Shown here: positions 1 to 10,885 of the stretch, in pieces
Layout of the letters: the number at the start of each line of letters is the position of its first letter
Numbering within the stretch: position 1 is the stretch's first letter
Assembly: GCF_006345805.1 (NCBI RefSeq)
Contig: NW_021833353.1
Span: 1 to 29,250 of the forward strand
DNA from: Octopus sinensis
Lineage: Eukaryota
Direction: 5' to 3'
Length of the DNA stretch: 29,250 nucleotides
Program-made: the position numbers and the translations under genes
The notes under the pieces: generated by a model
The model's input: the letters and a program-made list of their open reading frames with translations, nothing else
The model's database searches: none
What the model was told of the DNA's origin: nothing

Positions 1-98
1 AGGAGTTACAACACCTTTACTTGTGAGATTTTTGCTGCCCTGTAACTATTTATTTATTTTTTCCGTGCTAATTGTTAACAAGGTAAAAATACACTCAT

Positions 99-268
99 CT
101 ATTTATATATTATATTATATATAATGATTATACTATATATGATATATATATATAGTATATATATATATATATATACATACATACATACATACATACATAC
201 ATGCATACATACATACATATATACATACATACAATACATACATACATACATTAACATACATACATACG

Positions 269-311
<43 letters not shown>

Positions 312-335
312 GCATACATGCATATATACATATAT
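99..335. repeat. Compound (TA)n/(TACA)n microsatellite
   Basis: Direct inspection; source of the YIYI/HTYI ORFs. Confidence 0.95.
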
Positions 336-432
336 AATGTGCTAACGAACTGACCTACAAACAGAGAACGTAGTTATGGCACCAAACATATATTCTAAGA
401 GTTAAGCTGTAGAATTTAAGACTGGATTATGT

Positions 433-470
<38 letters not shown>

Positions 471-654
471 ACACATTCTTAATCAACGGTATTTACTACA
501 AACTTCACGCCTTCAATTCAAATATTTTTAATATGAAAGTGAAGTGTCCGTTTATCTCTTTCACTCACCCTCTCCTTCTTTTCCTCCCTCTTTCAATACA
601 TACATACTCACATCCATCCACCCATCCATCCATGCATCATACACCCTCAATGTT

Positions 655-850
655 TTTCCCGTTTTCGTTCTCGTCCTGTTCCACGTCTCTGTCCTTCTGT
701 TGTAATAAAATGGCTTTTCCGTTTTCGTTTCTGTTGAGTCTTTACGTCTTTTTGTGGTGTCCTGTACGTATATATATTTATATATGCATGTATATATATA
801 CATGTAGATGTCGGTACGTACATATATGTTTGTATGTATGCATATATTTT
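655..850 (+). repeat. Pyrimidine-rich interspersed-repeat fragment running into (TA)n, possibly a Penelope-type terminal region
   Basis: T-rich gttttcgttctcgtcctgtt...gtgtcctgtacg followed by catgtagatgt; similar composition to 3300-3415 and 20645-20825. Family assignment is inference only. Confidence 0.3.
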
Positions 851-857
851 ATTATTA

Positions 858-920
<63 letters not shown>

Positions 921-1209
921 TATTATATTATATATATACATTCATACATTCATACATTCATGCATACATACTTATGTATATATATATGTATATATATATA
1001 TGTGTGTCTGTGCATGTACGTGTGCGTGTGCGCGCGCGTGCTGTGATTGAGTTTCTGCAACATTGTCACATTAGGTGTTGGCTGGATTGGTGTAGAGCTG
1101 TGCAAATACGGGGTGAACTTAGTACCACCACAAATACCACCACCAAACCACCACCACCACCATTACTACGAATCCTAGTTTCACCATCACCACCACCAGC
1201 AGCAGCAAT

Positions 1210-1212
<3 letters not shown>

Positions 1213-1271
<59 letters not shown>

Positions 1272-1329
1272 ATAATAATAATAATAATAATATAATAATT
1301 ATTATTATTATTATAATACGGCTACTACT

Positions 1330-1381
<52 letters not shown>

Positions 1382-1424
1382 AAATGATCATTATTTCTAA
1401 TGGTAATAATAATATAACAGCAAC

Positions 1425-1464
<40 letters not shown>

Positions 1465-1524
1465 AGGTATTAGTATTAGTATTAGTAGTAGTAGTAGTAG
1501 AGGTATTAGTATTAGTATTAGTAT

Positions 1525-1558
<34 letters not shown>

Positions 1559-1560
1559 TG
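1213..1560. repeat. Compound trinucleotide microsatellite (ACT)n/(AAT)n/(AGT)n
   Basis: Direct inspection; explains poly-T/N/I/L ORFs 533-1387 and 1066-1812. Confidence 0.95.
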
Positions 1561-1747
1561 TACTGAGTGTTGGCATTTCAGCAGGAGATGGCACTTGAGA
1601 GAGAGAGGTGTCAATGACGGCAATAACAATAGTTGGCCCCTTTGGGTAAACAAAAGTAAATAAATTAAATAAATAAAATAAATGAATAAATAAAATAAAT
1701 GAATAAATGCTTCTGAATGTGAAAGAGCTATGAATGGGGTTAATACG

Positions 1748-1797
<50 letters not shown>

Positions 1798-1877
1798 CTC
1801 TGATAGTGTCAATAGTAATCATGTGATGTGATAGTTGGTTGAGGCTATGTAGACACACATAAAATGCAAGCATACGT

Positions 1878-1970
1878 GAAGGCACGTGGCTTAGTGGTTA
1901 GGGAATTCGGCTCAAGATCGTAAGGTCGTGAGTTCAATTCCCGGCGACCGGTTGTCCTCTTGAACAAGAT
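1878..1970 (+). mobile_element. tRNA-derived SINE head, 3' truncated
   Basis: A-box-like tggcttagtgg and B-box-like gagttcaattcc, followed by ttgtcctcttgaacaag (start of a CORE-like segment). Confidence 0.8.
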
Positions 1971-1984
1971 CATACCACACCTGG

Positions 1985-2367
1985 AAAGCACTCCGTCGGT
2001 TACGACGACGAGGGTTCCGGTTGATCCGAATCAACGGAACAGCCTGCTCGTGAAATTAACGTGTAAGTGGCTGAGCACTCCACAGACACGTGTACCCTTA
2101 ACGTAATTCTCGGGGATATTCAGCGTGACACAGAGAGTGACAAGGCCGGCCCTTTGAAATACAGGTACAACAGAAACAGGAAGTAAGAGTGAGAGAAAGT
2201 TGTGGTGAAAGAGTACAGCAGGGAACACCACCATCCCCTGCCGGAGCGTCGTGGAGCTTTAGGTGTTTTCGCTCAATAAACACTCACAACGCCCGGTCTG
2301 GGAATCGAAACCGCGATCTTACGACCGCGAGTCCGCTGCCCTAACCACTGGGCCATTGCGCCTCCAC
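1985..2367 (-). mobile_element. Full-length tRNA-derived SINE (head H1 + 3' module X)
   Basis: Minus strand begins gtggaggcgcaatggcccagtggttagggcagcggactcgc...ggtttcgattccc (A/B boxes). The 3' ~180 bp recurs at 2478-2654 and 15165-15312; the head recurs at ~26290-26457. Confidence 0.9.
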
Positions 2368-2427
2368 CATACCACACCACACTACACCATGCAACATTAC
2401 ACATCACATCACAACACACCACCCACA

Positions 2428-2654
2428 CACTTTATTTCACGTTGCTCCAGTCCACTCAGCTGGCAAAAATGAGTAGTACCTGTATTTCAAAGGGCCAGCC
2501 TTGTCATACTTTGTGACACACTGGATGTCCCTGAGAGCTACGTAATGGGTACACATGTCTGTGGAGTGCTCAGCCACTTGCACGTTAATTTCACGAGCGA
2601 GCTGTTTCGTTGATCGTATCAGCTGGGACCCTCGTCGTCGTAACTGACGGAGTG
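2428..2654 (+). mobile_element. 5'-truncated CORE-type SINE (CORE-like segment + module X)
   Basis: cactttatttcacgttgctccagtccactcagctggcaaaaatgagt is shared with the 3842 copy; the 3' part matches the reverse complement of 1988-2170. Confidence 0.85.
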
Positions 2655-2963
2655 TTCCTTTTTTTCTACAAGCATACTTAGACATGTACTACATACATAT
2701 ACATACATATCTAGGTGCAGCTTTTACAAAATGCTAAACGCTAATTATAGTATTTATGTCCCCTTTTTGGGGCTGTCTCATAGAAATTTTTAAAAAACCA
2801 ACAACATATTTTTATCTAAATTGTTTAATGCATTCATTTATATAATTTAGACATAGCAAGCTGTGTATTATACTAAATGTAAATGCATAGCGAAAAAGCA
2901 AATTTGCTGCGGTATTCGTCCCGAGATAATATTTCTAATGGATATTATATTTCTTATGCGCAA

Positions 2964-3105
2964 GCATAGCTGTGTAGTGAGAAAGCTGGTTCCCAACCAC
3001 ATGGTTCCGGGTTCAGTCTCACTGCGAGGCACTTTAGGCTATTTGAATCTTCGGGCCGCCGAATCCTTGTCAGTGGATTTGGTTGTGAAAAATGGAAAGA
3101 AGCCC
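2964..3105 (+). mobile_element. SINE family C, 5' half, degenerate
   Basis: gctgtgtagtgagaaagctggttcccaaccacatggttccgggttcagtc matches the head at 5586. Confidence 0.8.
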
Positions 3106-3417
3106 TTCTAGTTGAAAGATCCTTTCTGTTCTTTACTTATTTGTTTTCGTATATGTACATTCGTTTGCCTTTCCCAGAGGATTAATGCGTTTAGCTTAAG
3201 TCCCTGGCCCAGCCGGTTTCGAGTAGTATCGGAGAGAAGTGGGCGAAACTCTGTGGACATTCCGGACTCCAACTGAAGAGGCAATTGGCTGCGAATGATC
3301 CATGTACTTTGTTTTGTCCTGTTTGCCGTTGTCGTGCTATCGGCCTCTTTTCCCGCATGTTGTGTTTTGACGGTTTCCGTTCGTTGCTTTTTTTTCTGTT
3401 CTATCTTTGATTTATAT

Positions 3418-3506
3418 TTGCCGAACCCCCCCTGAGTTACGGAGACGTAAACACAGCAACACCGGTTGTCAAGCGGTGGTGAGGGACAGACACAGACACA
3501 GACACA

Positions 3507-3560
<54 letters not shown>
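3418..3560 (-). mobile_element. SINE family C internal fragment with (CA)n
   Basis: gccgaac...gttacggagacgtaaacacagcaacaccggttgtcaagc matches 5040-5110. Confidence 0.75.
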
Positions 3561-3561
<1 letters not shown>

Positions 3562-3841
3562 TCACGTGTTGCAATGCCATTGACGACGCTCAACGAGGCA
3601 GAAATACACTGCTAGAAGATTTTCGCTTGCTACTGATATATATGAGTTTTAGACACAGTACGTCCATTACAGATAATATCTCTGGACGAATACTGCAGTA
3701 AATTTACTTTTTCATGGCATGTTTACATTAAGCATAATGCACAGATTGTTATTTTAATCTAATATTGCTTATGTAGCATATATATCGAGTTTCAGGCATG
3801 CATTACAACCGCTCTATTTGTGTAGGAGCATTTTCTGAATA

Positions 3842-4183
3842 GTGAAGGCGCATGGCTCAGTGGTTAGAGCATCGAGCTTACGATCGTGAGGTTGTGAGCT
3901 CGAATCCCGGACCGGGCTGCGTGTTGTGTTCTTGAGCAAGGCACTTTATTTCACGTTGCTCCAGTTCACTCTGCTGTAGAAATGAGTTGCGACGTCACAG
4001 GTACCAAACTGTATCAGCTGTTGCCTTTCCCTTGGATAACACTGATGGCGTGGAGAGGGGAGGCCGGTATGCATGGGTGACTGCTGGTCTTCCATAAACA
4101 ACCTCGCCCGGACTTGTGCCTGGGAGGGTAACTTTCTAGGTGCAATCCCATGGTCATTCATGACCGAAGGGGAAGAAGAAGGG
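3842..4183 (+). mobile_element. Full-length tRNA/CORE-type SINE with 3' module Y and short GAA tail
   Basis: A box tggctcagtgg, B-box-like gctcgaatcc, CORE-like cttgagcaaggcactttatttcacgttgctcc; 12-bp TSD attttctgaata at 3830-3841 and 4184-4195. Confidence 0.92.
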
Positions 4184-4257
4184 ATTTTCTGAATAACACC
4201 TTACCGTCTTCAAAAAAATAAGGGCGTTGTGGATAATAGCCTTTTAAGTTCCCTCGA

Positions 4258-4462
4258 CAGGATCTTTCACTTGCTTCAGTCAATTGATTGTGACCATGCT
4301 GGGGCACAGCCTTGCAGAATTTAAATCGAACGAATCGATTCCGGTACTTAATATCTTTTTCAGGTCTGCTACTTATTCTATCGCACTCTTTAATCGAACC
4401 GCTATGCTACGGTGATGTAAATACACTAGCGCTGGTTGTCAAGACAGACAGACAGACAGACA

Positions 4463-4495
<33 letters not shown>

Positions 4496-4902
4496 TGGAT
4501 TTCTATCAGTTTCCGCCTACGAAATCCACGCACAAGGCTTTGGTCGGCTCGAGGCTATAGTTGACGGTACGTGGCCAAGGCGGAGAGCTGGCAGAAACGT
4601 TAGCACGCCGGGCGAAATGCTTAACGGTATTTCGCTTGTCGTTACGTTGTGAGTTCAAATTCCGCCGAGGTTGACTTTGCCTTTCATCCTTTCGGGGTCG
4701 ATAAATTAAGTACCAGTTACGCACTGGGGTCGATGTAATCGACTTAATACCTATGTCTGTCCTTGTTTGTCCCCTCTATGTTTAGCCCCTTGTGGGTAAT
4801 AAAGAAATAGGTACGTGGCCAAGGCTCCACGCAGTGAGATGGAACACTGAACCATGTGGCTAGGAAGCAAGCTCCTTACCACACAGTCACGCCAGTGCCT
4901 AC
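4258..4902 (-). mobile_element. Older SINE family C copy interrupted by a family D SINE
   Basis: Colinear with 4925-5326 on both sides of the 4582-4809 insertion. Confidence 0.85.
4582..4809 (+). mobile_element. SINE family D (tRNA head, Meta-domain-like centre)
   Basis: ggcggagagctggcagaaacgttagc...gagttcaaattcc...ctttcatcctttcggggtcgataaattaagtaccag; 16-bp TSD ggtacgtggccaaggc at 4566-4581 and 4810-4825. MetaSINE resemblance is from memory. Confidence 0.92.
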
Positions 4903-4924
4903 TTACGGGTGTCAACGCATTTTT

Positions 4925-5326
4925 TTTTTACTTGTTTCAGGCATTTGACTGCGGCCATGCTGGAGCACCGCCTTTAATCGAGCAACTTGACCCCGGGACT
5001 TATTCTTTGTAAGCCCAGTACTTATTCTATCGGTCTCTTTTGCCGAACCGCTAAGTATCGGGGACATAAGCACACCAGCATCGGTTGTCAAGCAATGCTA
5101 GGGGGACAAACACAGACACACAAACACACACACGCACATATATATATATATACATATATAGGACGGGCTTCTTTCAGTTTCCGTCTACCAAATCCACTCA
5201 CAAGGCTTTGGTCGGCCCGAGGCTATAGTAGAAGACACTTCCTCAGGGTGCCACGCAGTGGGACTGAACCCAGAACCATGTGGTTGGTAAACAAGCTACT
5301 TACCACACAGCCACTCCTGCGCCTAT
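4925..5326 (-). mobile_element. Full-length SINE family C
   Basis: Near-identical reverse complement of 5586-5996; tRNA-like head ataggcgcaggagtggctgtgtggtaag with internal (TA)/(TG) tract. Confidence 0.93.
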
Positions 5327-5585
5327 GTTCACATATCTTCATAATCAGAATTCACATTAGGTTATACACAACAACAGCAGTGACAACAGATATTTAAAAT
5401 AATTCACTCTTTGAAGCTGAGAAATTTGGCTAAAAAAACCCTAAAAAAACAAAGTAAAAGACCCCCCCCCCCCCAAGTTTATCTTATACTGCCGTGGGGT
5501 GAAAGCTTGAAGGTATTTTCCTCACAGTCTCAGAAATTAGCCTGAAGACGATTTTTCCCAAATTATACATAATATTATGTATTGG

Positions 5586-5996
5586 CATAGGATTGGCTGT
5601 GTGGTAAGCAGCTTGCTTACCAACCACATGGTTCCGGGTTCAGTCCCACTGCGTGGCATCTTGGGCAAGTGTCTTCTACTATAGCCTCGGGCCGACCAAA
5701 GCCTTGTGAGTGGATTTGGTAGACAGAAACTGAAAGAAGCCCGTCGTATATATGTATATATATATGCGTGTGTGTCTTTGTGTGTCTGTGTTTGTCACCC
5801 TAGCATTGCTTGACAACCGATGCTGGTGTGTTTATGTCCCCGTTACTTAGCGGTTCGGCAAAAGAGACCGATAGAATAAGTACTGGGCTTACAAAAAGAA
5901 TAAGTCCCGGAGTCGAGCTGCTCGATTAAAAGGCGGTGCTCCAGCATTGCCGCAGTCAAATGACTGAAAGAAGTAAAAGAGTAAAGAGTAAGAGTA
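5586..5996 (+). mobile_element. Full-length SINE family C
   Basis: Head ggctgtgtggtaag...gggttcagtcc, accttgggcaagtg-like segment, tail of (aagagta)-type repeats. Confidence 0.93.
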
Positions 5997-6404
5997 TACG
6001 AAGTTAGCCAAATTATAGATAAAATTATTTGCATAAGAAATTTCGCCAACACAGATCACAATTCCATGACTACCTACCACTCTGCGATTCCATATACCCA
6101 ACAATCTATTCCAAAGTGAAACAAAATTGGTATCTGCCTAGATGTTACCAACAACGAATGACCTTGTATTAACACGACATATCAGCGATTACTTATCTTC
6201 GCTTCTACACATAAACCTATCTTGATGTTTCTAAAAGAGATAAATTCTGCTCACTTAGATGAAGACTCTGTATTTTTGACTGACAGAATAGAAGATTAGT
6301 GATAAGACGTAATGGATGGCGCAGCAAAATTGTTGATGGTTATTTTCTCCAAGATATATGACGATTAACATAATTTTACTACGTCCGACTATATGCGAAC
6401 GCAC

Positions 6405-6411
6405 CCGAGTG

Positions 6412-6473
<62 letters not shown>

Positions 6474-6728
6474 TGTGAGTGTATGTGTGTATACATATAT
6501 GCATATATATGTATGTATATATGTATATGCATGTAAATATAGATATTTGTATATAAATATGGATGCACAAGTATTTACAGGCATATGTACGTGTATGTAT
6601 TGTGTATATATATATATATATATATATAAAACTTAGTATATTATATTATGTATAAGTGTAGATCAGTTTGTGTGAGTATCACACCCTGAATAATGTATAT
6701 ATATATATGCAAGTATGTATATATACAC

Positions 6729-6771
<43 letters not shown>

Positions 6772-6957
6772 AGTATATATATATATATATCCCAGTATGT
6801 ATGCAACTATACGCATACTTTCGTGTGTTCCCGTGTAGTATATAGTTTGAATTGATATATATGTGTGCGCGCGCGTGTGTATCTGTCTGTGTGTGTATAC
6901 ATATACATACATATGTATATATATATATTATACACATACATACATACATATATACAT

Positions 6958-7003
<46 letters not shown>

Positions 7004-7043
7004 CATACAAATATATATTCGTATATATACATGTATATATATA

Positions 7044-7074
<31 letters not shown>

Positions 7075-7170
7075 CATATGTATGTCTATATATATGCCTC
7101 TCTCTATGCATATATATATATAGACACACACACATATATAATATATATATATATTATATATATATATATA

Positions 7171-7215
<45 letters not shown>
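6405..7215. repeat. Long compound (TG)n/(TA)n/(TACA)n/(AG)n microsatellite field
   Basis: Direct inspection. Confidence 0.95.
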
Positions 7216-7222
<7 letters not shown>

Positions 7223-7283
7223 AGAAAGGAAGACAGAAGGAAGGACAGAGAAGAAGAAAAAGAGTTATTTATTTTATCCTTAC

Positions 7284-7332
7284 AAGTTGCAATTTGTTTC
7301 AGCTTAACAGATTTATAGGAGAAAATGTAAAG
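7284..7332 (-). CDS. Candidate 49-nt exon ([16 protein letters not shown]), unknown gene
   Basis: Acceptor gtaatttatttcag|, donor ctt|GTAAGG, open in phase 0, compatible with the 12607 exon. No homology recognised. Confidence 0.25.
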
Positions 7333-7589
7333 CTGAAATAAATTACAACACGCGCGTGCGCATCACACACGCGCACATTCACACACATACACACACACAC
7401 ACACGCGCACACACAAGCGCACATTCATGCATACACATAAGTGCACTCATATACGCACACACATACATGCATACATACTTACACCGATGCGGATTTATAT
7501 ATGGGTATATACTTTTATCGCCAACTTACAAATATATTTATATATATACCGCCATGCAATACATGCATATTTGTGCCTGTATATATGAA

Positions 7590-7701
<112 letters not shown>

Positions 7702-7887
7702 AAATAATATGCTGTTATAGGATTCAATAAAATCTAGGCACATCTGCAAGTAGAATGCCAGAAATGGCTAGGTAAAATAACATAGGGTTGACACTGAAGT
7801 AAAATAACCTCGGGCTTGGTTCTAGGATTCTAGGAGCAGCATATTAAAAAGAACACAAATGATTGGATAAACTAGAAACCTCTGACG

Positions 7888-7930
<43 letters not shown>

Positions 7931-7945
7931 GTATGTATGTTTCTT

Positions 7946-8073
7946 TGAGGTGCGTGGCCTACTGGTTAGGTGTGTTGCACTTATTAGAGCGAATTGTAAG
8001 ATTGTGGTTTCAATTCTTGGTGCGGACAATGTGTTGTGTTCTTGTGCAAACCATTTCATTTCATGTTGCTCCA

Positions 8074-8076
<3 letters not shown>
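7946..8076 (+). mobile_element. Degenerate tRNA/CORE-type SINE head variant
   Basis: gtggcctactggttagg...gttgcacttattagagcgaattgtaagattgtgg; same variant at 20133 and 21300. Confidence 0.75.
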
Positions 8077-8159
<83 letters not shown>

Positions 8160-8176
8160 ATTATGTATATGTTATA

Positions 8177-8219
<43 letters not shown>

Positions 8220-8269
8220 TATATGTATATATATGCATATACATATATGTATTTATATGCATATATATT

Positions 8270-8472
8270 CTTTTACTCTTTTACTCGTTTCAGTCATTTG
8301 ACTGCGTCCATGCTGGAACACCGCTTTAGTCGAGCAAATCGACTCCAGGACTTATTATTTGTAAGCCTAGTACTTTCTATTGGTTCTTTAACCGAACCGC
8401 TAAGTTACGGGAACGCAAACACACCAGTATCCGTTGTCGAGCACTTCCCACACAGCCACTCCTGCGCCTATA
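8270..8472 (-). mobile_element. SINE family C, internally deleted
   Basis: 3' part (ttttactcgtttcagtcatttgactgcg...) joined directly to the head (ccacacagccactcctgcgcctata); the middle ~200 bp is missing. Confidence 0.85.
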
Positions 8473-8508
8473 TGTATATACTTATATAGGCATATATATA
8501 TATATCTG

Positions 8509-8563
<55 letters not shown>

Positions 8564-8821
8564 CTATATATATATATATATATATATGCATGTGTATATA
8601 TCCATATATAATATATATTCACACATGCACATATGCATAACTGGTTTTCAGAGATAAGCGGGTATATATGTGCAAAATATTTAAAGTTAGCGACAAAAAA
8701 GTCATTCACATCCATCATGATTTTGCACACATGCGTGAATGAGTGATTATACACATACGCGTAAACACGCCCGCGTGCGCGCGCACACACGTACACACGC
8801 ACACACACACATGTATGTTCT

Positions 8822-9058
8822 AAGGGTTAGGATATTACACTCATGATTGCAAGACCGTGATTTCAATTCTTGGAACGGTGATGCGTTGTGTTTATTTTCA
8901 GGAAAAAAAAAACACTTTTCACGTCACTCTGCGATCACATCGACATCTGACATGCCACACCATGCACCTGTACAGGTAGCGTTGATTGGATGAAGAGAGT
9001 GAGCTAATGTACTGCACAAACATTTAATCACTATTAACAAATCATCTGTGCAGGTTTT
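8822..9058 (+). mobile_element. Old degenerate tRNA-derived SINE
   Basis: Decayed head (ggttaggatattacactcatgattgcaagaccgtgatttcaattc) followed by tgcgttgtg...cacttttcacgtcactctg. Confidence 0.55.
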
Positions 9059-9127
9059 CTCTGGACACTAATCCTGCAACGAAAGATCTTACCAAGTCCG
9101 GATGCATTCGAACCTTCTAAACATCAC

Positions 9128-9180
<53 letters not shown>

Positions 9181-9181
<1 letters not shown>

Positions 9182-9700
9182 GAGTGAGAGAGCAGTGCAT
9201 GCTGTGAAAGTGACACCGGGGTAAAATATACGAAGCCCAGTATACCCATCATGACTACCCGTCTGATAAGGGTACACCAGGCACATGCATAACAACCATA
9301 TGTGCGCGACATGGTGATCTCATATCAAGAAAAACAGCACATGACCTTGCAGGTAGGGTCCAGTTAGAATTTTCTTCTGGTCGAGTAACCCATCCCGCTC
9401 AAAAGGTCCCTGAATAAGGGTTGTTTAAGGATATTGAACGAAACACCCATATTTCCAGAGGTGAATTAGTCAAACCCCAAAGAATCCGTCTCAACACATG
9501 GCTATGATGCTTCCCCACTACTTCTGCTCGTGATCAGAGATGCACATATCATCAGCCAATAAGGGAGATTGTCAACTGGTTAAGGTCAAACAACTGACAA
9601 GTAAATCTGTGGTATTAAGCAGAATATTTGCTGTAGCCCATCTTTTATACCAAGACAAAATAACGTACATGATAACACTTCCAATCAGTTAAGATCATAA
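9181..9700 (+). mobile_element. Family E interspersed element (~0.5 kb, non-coding, bounded by (ATT)n)
   Basis: Matches the reverse complement of 10886-11332 and directly matches 28135-28590. Sense strand not determinable; strand given is relative. Confidence 0.88.
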
Positions 9701-10103
9701 TTTGATGACTTCCTGTATCTCAGGAAATCAGACACAGCTGCATCAAAAGCATTCCATGCTTCTTTTTCAGTGCCAGACATGGTCTCCACAAATAGCTCGT
9801 CCTGCGATAGTCACCCAATATGTGGTCCATCAAATACTCCAACCATATTTTTCTCACAAGACAAAGCTAGAAACTTTCTGTTTAAGTATTTGAAGCAGTC
9901 ACTATCTCAGTGTTTCAACACATATTTTGCACACTATATGGGATGCCAAGCTTTGTCTTGTCACCCAGTTTCATACTTAAGTAAGGAAGGAAGTAAGATA
10001 AGCTTTCTTTACAAAATCTGTGATTTTAGTTCACTGCCTAATCCAGAAATAAGCAGACGACATCGAGACTGTTTTTACATTCTCTTCTCTCATAACTGGC
10101 CAT
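9690..10103 (-). pseudogene. Chapaev3-like transposase pseudogene
   Basis: Manual translation with frameshifts: MASYERRECKNSLDVVC..ITDFVKKAY..MKLGD(Q)DKAW(A)SHIVCKICVETLR* fused to DCFKYLNRKFLALSCEKNMVGVFDGPHIG*LSQDELFVETMSGTEKEAWNAFDAAVSDFLRYRKSSNY; both blocks resemble motifs I recall from this transposase family. Confidence 0.85.
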
Positions 10104-10873
10104 ATTTTTGAAATACAAAACATGTCCAAGCCAGTTGTCAGCTGGAAAACATTTTCAGAATAGCCAACAGTTATAAAGTAAGCAAATACAGATTTGTGAT
10201 GGCAAAGTTCCATGAAGAGCATATCATACCATAAAGTTCTTTGACCTTGCTTAACAAAAAGTGACCTCGACCCATGTGACCTCACAATCAAAAGATTAAG
10301 GACACATTCAAAATACCAATTTTCACAAGAGACAGTTAAAAGTTCAACAAAACATGTCTCATCTAGTTTGCAATGATAGTCACACTAAATTAGGCAAAGC
10401 GTGGGTATATCTGCAGAGGAATTCCGCAAATATGAGACGGATGTGTCAAGGGTCACAAAAATATGTTGTTTCTTAACATCTAATTGTATAAAGGACATTT
10501 CTGTCATCATCATGACATTTGAAACCGGTTAGGTTGAAAAGACTGAAAGTTGCTCAAGTTAGATACTTTTTTATTTACTAAAGATACTTAAACCATGACT
10601 TTTGTTTTCACTTTTGTAGTTTTATTTACTTTAAATGAGACTGGAAAAAGTTTTCTAAGTTATGTTGAGCCCCATACATGGGTTCGTATTTGATGAAGTC
10701 AAATCTATCCTTAGAAATGGTGACAATACCAGAAATGTTGAAAAATGGACATCTCAGTTTGTGAAAAATCTTGACGCGATAGAACAAAATGGATTTTATT
10801 TTTGAAATCAGCACCCCCGAATTAGTAGGAAACATGCCTCCAACATCAGAGAACAAAAATCCTGCTCTCCAGT
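9700..10873 (-). mobile_element. Internally deleted Chapaev3-type (CMC superfamily) DNA transposon remnant
   Basis: Minus strand starts cactgg (plus ccagtg|taa at 10868-10876) with subterminal ggtgctgatttcaaa...tctatcgcgtcaag; decayed transposase at 9690-10103. Confidence 0.8.
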
Positions 10874-10885
10874 GTAACAACAACA

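Larger units (their letters stand above)
2855..3757. mobile_element. MITE-like element, copy 1, interrupted by younger insertions
   Basis: Imperfect ~85-95 bp inverted repeats at 2861-2943 and 3661-3744; internal 3585-3660 is homologous to 16635-16730. Confidence 0.7.

Noticed and set aside
1397-1650. Mucin-like minus-strand exon (GPTIVIAVIDTSLSQVPSPAEMPTLSTTT...)
   Set aside because: A plausible acceptor but no donor; it runs straight into (ACT)n.
533-1812. The two longest ORFs (284 aa and 248 aa)
   Set aside because: They are read through (TA)n, (ACT)n, (AAT)n and (CT)n tracts; no domain-like sequence.
1878-1960. tRNA genes here and at 2290-2367, 3842-3915, 20024-20087 and 26390-26457
   Set aside because: They have A/B boxes but no complete cloverleaf or acceptor stem, and they continue into SINE bodies.
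3262-3310. CTGAAGA-g-GCA(attggc)TGC-GAAT as a third hammerhead
   Set aside because: GAAAC-NUH is not present and no stem I pairing was found; it may be a decayed PLE terminal repeat but cannot be supported.
9205-9285. HDV-like ribozyme at the end of family E
   Set aside because: Two small hairpins are present, but I could not assemble the nested P1/P1.1/P2/P3/P4 pseudoknot by eye.
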